From an uncultured virus (IMG/VR IMGVR_UViG_3300002839_000259) (Duplodnaviria; Heunggongvirae; Uroviricota; Caudoviricetes), in IMG/VR virus record IMGVR_UViG_3300002839_000259: a DNA stretch of 54,833 nucleotides. One strand, given 5' to 3'. This document shows, in pieces, positions 50,461 to 54,833 of this stretch (its first letter is position 1; the number at the start of each line of letters is the position of its first letter). A program made the translations under genes and the position numbers. The notes beneath the pieces were generated by a model. That model did no database searches. It saw only the letters and a list, made by a program, of their open reading frames with translations, and was not told where the DNA came from.

Positions 50461-50502
50461 AAAAAAGTGTTCAGCCTTAATTGGCGGAGCACTTTTTTTT
50501 TT
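50461..50502 (+). terminator. intrinsic terminator after the tRNA-like pair
   Basis: AAAAAAGTGTTC.GCC...GGC.GAGCACTTTTTTTT. Confidence 0.8.
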
Positions 50503-50614
50503 AAAAAAAAACATAACATGGAATGTGATCAAGATCATTTGCAATCACAGATTGCCGGGATCGCAATTGATAAGAAAAATCTAAAATAATTAATAGAAAG
50601 TGAGAGCTAAAATT

Positions 50615-51091
50615 ATGATTACAATTGGAACAATCAGAAACTGCGATAATAATAAATACGACGAAAATTGGGCAATTGTGAGGAGTTTGAAGAATAGCGA
50701 CGATCATATCAAGCAGGTAGCAGCACTATCACCCTCAAAAGAATTATTTTATTTATATCGAGACCTATGTAGCAAAAACCAGTGGAATGCTGAGGCGTTC
50801 GCTAAAATATATGTACCACAGTTTTTAAAAGAGTTGCGACATGGCCCGGAAAAAGGTATCGACTTTTTAAATCAACTCTACAAAGCTGATAAGGCTAATA
50901 AAAATATTTATCTGGCATGTTTTTGCAACGATGAGACTCTTTGCCATCGCAGCATTATCGCTGGTTTGCTGCAAGCTGTCAAATGCAATGTAAAGTTTGA
51001 TGCAGATACGGCTTACAAAAAAATCCATGATATGAAAATAGACTTAAATCCAGATTACACAAAATATTACGATTTATACAAAGTCGCCTGA
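50615..51091 (+). CDS. DUF488-family protein
   Basis: LSPS.ELF...W..F...Y...EL...L.CFC.DE..CHRSII. Confidence 0.7.
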   Translation: MITIGTIRNCDNNKYDENWAIVRSLKNSDDHIKQVAALSPSKELFYLYRDLCSKNQWNAEAFAKIYVPQFLKELRHGPEKGIDFLNQLYKADKANKNIYLACFCNDETLCHRSIIAGLLQAVKCNVKFDADTAYKKIHDMKIDLNPDYTKYYDLYKVA

Positions 51092-51325
51092 TATTTTGTC
51101 AAAAATATAATAACAGAAAATGAGAACTAGAGATATGTGCCAAACAATTGAAAAAACGTGCGAAACATGCAATCATCATGACTTGAAATTAAGTGATGAA
51201 CCTTGTAAGAAGTGTTGCAGAAATGAGCGCACCGTCGGTGGTAATTACGGAAAATGGAAAACTAAAGAAAAAACCAAAAATCATGAGTGTGAATTAATAA
51301 TCAACAGAAAGTGAGAACTAAAATT

Positions 51326-51745
51326 ATGCAAAATTTTGAAATTCGCTTCATCAATCTGTGCCATTTTGAAACCGACGCAGAGATTCAGGCCAACGTGGCT
51401 GACATGATGCTCAATCATACCGACATAAAGGCCATTTCTGCCCAAATAATCGGTGTTTTGTTTATTATCGATTATGAAGACGCCATCACCGAAAAAATGG
51501 TGCATAATTGCCTTCTCAACGGCAGAACCATGCCAGAGAACATAAATCACTCGCTTAATCATTATCAAGACCAATTATTAAATCGATTTGGCGCCGATGT
51601 CGCCGTCACTGATATTCAATCAACCATCGGACAAAAATTAATCTTGGTGCATCACCAAGGCCGATCGAATATAATACAGTTGCAACGCGGTTTTGACGGT
51701 CCGCAAATTACGGTTACGCCAGATGTTGTCTGCCCCGCCATTTAA
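51326..51745 (+). CDS. hypothetical protein, close paralog of 23074
   Basis: High by-eye similarity to 23074..23502. Confidence 0.8.
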   Translation: MQNFEIRFINLCHFETDAEIQANVADMMLNHTDIKAISAQIIGVLFIIDYEDAITEKMVHNCLLNGRTMPENINHSLNHYQDQLLNRFGADVAVTDIQSTIGQKLILVHHQGRSNIIQLQRGFDGPQITVTPDVVCPAI

Positions 51746-51773
51746 TTACAAAATAGAAAGTGAGATAAAAATT

Positions 51774-52343
51774 ATGCCAACAAAAATCGTTATGCTAACC
51801 CCAACTAATGTTGATCAAGTCGGAATCCTTGAAGCAACATTTCTAGCAGCCACTATACGATATGGCGATAAAAATCTGATTGAAAAAGCTATGCTCCATA
51901 CTGAAATGCTTGCTGAACTTGATGCGATGACAGCCTCATCAGCCCCGTTCATTGAAATACGACTCTTTGGTGATCGTATTGAAACAACCAAACATGCGCT
52001 TGAAATAATGCGTAACATGTACGAAGCAAATCATCAATTGGACTTGGCACTCGAATGCTGTGATATGATCCAGGATATTCTGATGCAGGAATGCGCCTTT
52101 TATGAATATCATACGATAACAGAAATTCAAACAAAAGTGCTTGATCTGATACAAACGCAGGCACTTAGTGTAACACCAACCGAAGCAATCGCATTAGTGC
52201 ATAACACAACACTTGCACTAAAAAATGCCATCAAACAATTTGATGATAATGATCACACAACCATGGCAGAGCTCTATCGAGATCTTTTTGCTGACTATGA
52301 AAGACAAGTGATACAATCAATGTCTTGCCTTATTGTCGAATAA
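51774..52343 (+). CDS. hypothetical protein (family D-like helical repeats)
   Basis: ATG after AGAAAGTGAG; A..C.DMI.DI motif. Confidence 0.6.
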   Translation: MPTKIVMLTPTNVDQVGILEATFLAATIRYGDKNLIEKAMLHTEMLAELDAMTASSAPFIEIRLFGDRIETTKHALEIMRNMYEANHQLDLALECCDMIQDILMQECAFYEYHTITEIQTKVLDLIQTQALSVTPTEAIALVHNTTLALKNAIKQFDDNDHTTMAELYRDLFADYERQVIQSMSCLIVE

Positions 52344-52413
52344 TTAAAACTCAAGAAAGTGAATTTGCCGAATCAGCATTGCCACAAAATTAAAAGAAAG
52401 CGAGTTAAAAAAT

Positions 52414-52608
52414 ATGAATTTTGTAATATTCGCCATTGTAGCATTGAGTTTTATCGGTGTTGTTTTAAATGTTGCGCCAGCACTACTTGAAGACTGTATT
52501 CACCGCCGTGACATGGCATCGTATCGCAAAATCAAGTGGTTTTTGGTTGTCCTGGCAGGCGTTCTACTTTGCATCATCATCTGGGCGACCTTTTATTTTA
52601 AAATTTAA
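52414..52608 (+). CDS. small membrane protein
   Basis: Two TM segments. Confidence 0.6.
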   Translation: MNFVIFAIVALSFIGVVLNVAPALLEDCIHRRDMASYRKIKWFLVVLAGVLLCIIIWATFYFKI

Positions 52609-52627
52609 CAGAAAGTGAGAAATCATA

Positions 52628-53194
52628 ATGAGCAATAAACCAATCTTCAGAGGACCATCTGAATTTAGTGAAAATACGATGGCCAAAGAATTTGAAAAAT
52701 TCGAGTTCCATAATTATGAATTGAAAGACAAAATCATCGAAGTATTATTTATCGGCAGTCGAACAGCCTATATCAATGCCGGAAATTCCTACAAATATCA
52801 ATGCGATCGGGATCACATCTGGCGTTACAGGCACGGCATAACGGCAGCAGGCTTTGCCTATATGAAAAACCAGAACAACCTGCGCAAAAACTCACCGCCA
52901 CTTGACTGGGATCTTGGACCCACAAATACTGAACTAATTGATCAACTGACGTCCCTGATTGCTGATAATCAACCTGACAATAAAGACAGCGAGTTGTTAC
53001 AACTGATAGTTGAACGCTTTGATCGAATGAATGAACTGCTACATGATTTTGTACAACTGACAAAAAATAACGAAACAACCAACAACCAATTAAAATTATT
53101 AGTCAAATATGGCTTCAATCGGCATGAACTCGTCCGTGAATACGGCTATGCCAAAGGCCGGTCTGCCATTGCTGAACAAAAATATAGCAATTGA
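52628..53194 (+). CDS. hypothetical protein
   Basis: ORF with RBS. Confidence 0.65.
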   Translation: MSNKPIFRGPSEFSENTMAKEFEKFEFHNYELKDKIIEVLFIGSRTAYINAGNSYKYQCDRDHIWRYRHGITAAGFAYMKNQNNLRKNSPPLDWDLGPTNTELIDQLTSLIADNQPDNKDSELLQLIVERFDRMNELLHDFVQLTKNNETTNNQLKLLVKYGFNRHELVREYGYAKGRSAIAEQKYSN

Positions 53195-53224
53195 CTTTTT
53201 ATTAAATGTACGCTATGATGTACA
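53191..53224 (+). promoter_or_regulatory. sigmaA promoter with TGTAC operator cores for the TA operon
   Basis: TTGACT-N17-TATGAT overlapped by TGTACG and TGTACA, as in yefM-yoeB/axe-txe operators. Confidence 0.7.
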
Positions 53225-53243
53225 CAAATGGAGGTGACAAAAA

Positions 53244-53483
53244 ATGACAAACATAAATGCCACTAATTTACGAAAAAATTTATTTGAATATCTAAATTCA
53301 GCCGTTGAATATAATGATGTGATTAATGTAAACACCAAAAAAGGCAATGCGGTTATCATCAGTGAAGAAGATTATAACAGCATGTTAGAAACGATTTATC
53401 TGATCAGCATACCTGGAATGAAAGAACGCTTGGATGAAGGCGTTGTGCTCCGTGGCGAGGATTGTGAGGATTTTAAATGGTAA
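53244..53483 (+). CDS. yefM: Phd/YefM antitoxin
   Basis: NATNLRKNLF...TKKGNAVIISEEDYN...ET.YL.SIPGM. Confidence 0.9.
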   Translation: MTNINATNLRKNLFEYLNSAVEYNDVINVNTKKGNAVIISEEDYNSMLETIYLISIPGMKERLDEGVVLRGEDCEDFKW

Positions 53484-53752
53484 AAGGATATCGAATAGTT
53501 ATCTCAAAAGCCGCCCAGAAAGATAAGGGTAAGATTAAAGAAATCCCCGTCCTCAAACGGAATGCCGAGAAGCTAATTCGAGTCCTAGAGGAGAACCCCT
53601 ATCAAAACCCACCGTCATATGAAAAGTTGAGCGGTAAATATAAAGATCTCTATTCTCGACGTATTAATCAGCAACATCGGCTAGTTTACAAGGTCGACGA
53701 AGATAAAAAAGTGGTTATAATCATCAGCATGTGGTCCCATTATGAGTTTTGA
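53477..53752 (+). CDS. yoeB: Txe/YoeB toxin
   Basis: NPYQ.PP.YEKL.G...YSRRINQQHRLVY.V...ISMWSHY. Confidence 0.92.
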   Translation: MVKGYRIVISKAAQKDKGKIKEIPVLKRNAEKLIRVLEENPYQNPPSYEKLSGKYKDLYSRRINQQHRLVYKVDEDKKVVIIISMWSHYEF

Positions 53753-53894
53753 AAAAGAGTGTTTAGTCATAAATGGCTGAGCGCTCTTTTTTTTTATAAT
53801 AAAATCACATATGTGACAACCCCAATTTGCAATCATAGATTGCCGGGATTACAATTGATAAGAAAATTCTAAAATACGAAAGTGAGAACATAAA

Positions 53895-54113
53895 ATGAAT
53901 AATCTACCAAAAATATGGGAACAAATGCCGTCAAAATTTCAAATTGTAACCCAAGTCGGCCAGCCGTTAAAACTATATGGATCTAATAATGGTGTGTTCT
54001 ATCACAACGATGGCCGACTTTGCACCAGACACCATTTTATCGATGCAACAATATCGCAATCGTTATTTGATAACGTCAAAAAAGGTGTACTAACAATCAA
54101 AGAATTAAATTAA
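53895..54113 (+). CDS. hypothetical protein
   Basis: First gene after hairpin-CGG motif. Confidence 0.6.
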   Translation: MNNLPKIWEQMPSKFQIVTQVGQPLKLYGSNNGVFYHNDGRLCTRHHFIDATISQSLFDNVKKGVLTIKELN

Positions 54114-54329
54114 GAAAGAGAGAACCTAATATGGGAATAATTATTCAAACAATTTTATTATTTTGCTGGTCGGTGATAGCAATCGGTATGGGTCTTAATT
54201 CGGTAGAAACAAAACACGCCTACCTGAGTGGCTTCTTCTTTTCAACGGCAACGATATCGATCCTGATTGTTACTTATAATATAATAATGATATTAAGCAC
54301 AAAATAAATTAAGAAAGTGAGAACATAAA

Positions 54330-54752
54330 ATGCAAGAATTCAATATTAAAATAGATACAACAACAGAAGCCTTTGGTGACACTGATAAAACAGCGAAACA
54401 GGAATTGGCCCGTATTCTGATGCAATTGGCACTTGACTTGATGACAGACGGTGAACCAACCCATTTGTCTGACAAAGATACCAATACTGTTGGTTTGGTC
54501 AGCTACACATTTGCTGAAGATATCGATGAAACAGACGAATACACAGCCGAACGCAATTATATATTAAGCGTTCTCGATCCAGAGAAACATGAACCAGTCG
54601 CTTATGTCACTAATTTACCACGCGAAGACAGACAAAAAATTATTCAAGATGTTATCGAAGAATTAATGCACAGTGATGATTATCTAACGCCATCTGAAAA
54701 TGACGATAAAGAACTCACGCCTGAAGCCTTCGGTCAATTACTCACCACCTAA
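54330..54752 (+). CDS. paralog family B protein, probably truncated by IS insertion at 54733
   Basis: Family B N-terminus; last codons lie inside the IS right end. Confidence 0.7.
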   Translation: MQEFNIKIDTTTEAFGDTDKTAKQELARILMQLALDLMTDGEPTHLSDKDTNTVGLVSYTFAEDIDETDEYTAERNYILSVLDPEKHEPVAYVTNLPREDRQKIIQDVIEELMHSDDYLTPSENDDKELTPEAFGQLLTT

Positions 54753-54833
54753 CACCTGATGGTGTTTGAGGTGGGAGCTTGTAACTGCCCGGAAGTGTAA
54801 GCGTCTGTGGACTCCTTCCTTTGGAAGCATATG
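54733..54833 (-). mobile_element. right end / omegaRNA 3' part of a second IS200/IS605 element (continues beyond window)
   Basis: Minus strand reads GGGCAGTTACAAGCTCCCACCT...AGGTGGTGAGTAATTGAC, parallel to GGGGAGTTACAAGCTC...GAGTCGTTGAC at 30798-30839. Confidence 0.75.

Noticed and set aside
332..54484. Numerous minus-strand and nested ORFs in the six-frame track
   Set aside because: They shadow well-supported plus-strand genes and lack RBSs; only 29017-29331 and 27858-27929 have expression signals

Overview
AT-rich, gene-dense segment with almost all genes on the + strand. It looks like the early/accessory region of a large phage (or phage-plasmid) of a Firmicutes host; the Shine-Dalgarno sequences are AGAAAG(T/C)GAG. 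It holds about 100 mostly small genes in several paralogous families, organised into units that typically start with an intrinsic terminator followed by a recurring hairpin-CGG motif (18 copies). Recognisable cargo: nrdG, dcd, tmk (frameshifted), cmk, ung, a sigma70-region-4/RNAP-alphaCTD fusion, a CoaB/class II aldolase fusion, orphan antitoxins (RnlB-like, Panacea), a YefM-YoeB pair, a probable type I toxin-antitoxin locus, an intact IS200/IS605 TnpB element and two tRNA-like RNAs. The standout is a full-length Cas12a whose RuvC-I catalytic Asp is replaced by His (IIGIHRGERN) while the crRNA-processing residues are intact. It is followed by a leaderless 11-repeat array, and the window contains no cas1/cas2/cas4. 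One spacer reverse-translates to LGNLYEGLL, a motif I recognise from type I restriction-modification HsdM. Together these suggest a natural RNA-guided gene-silencing (CRISPRi-like) anti-defence system. All family assignments come from motif recognition by eye; no searches were run.
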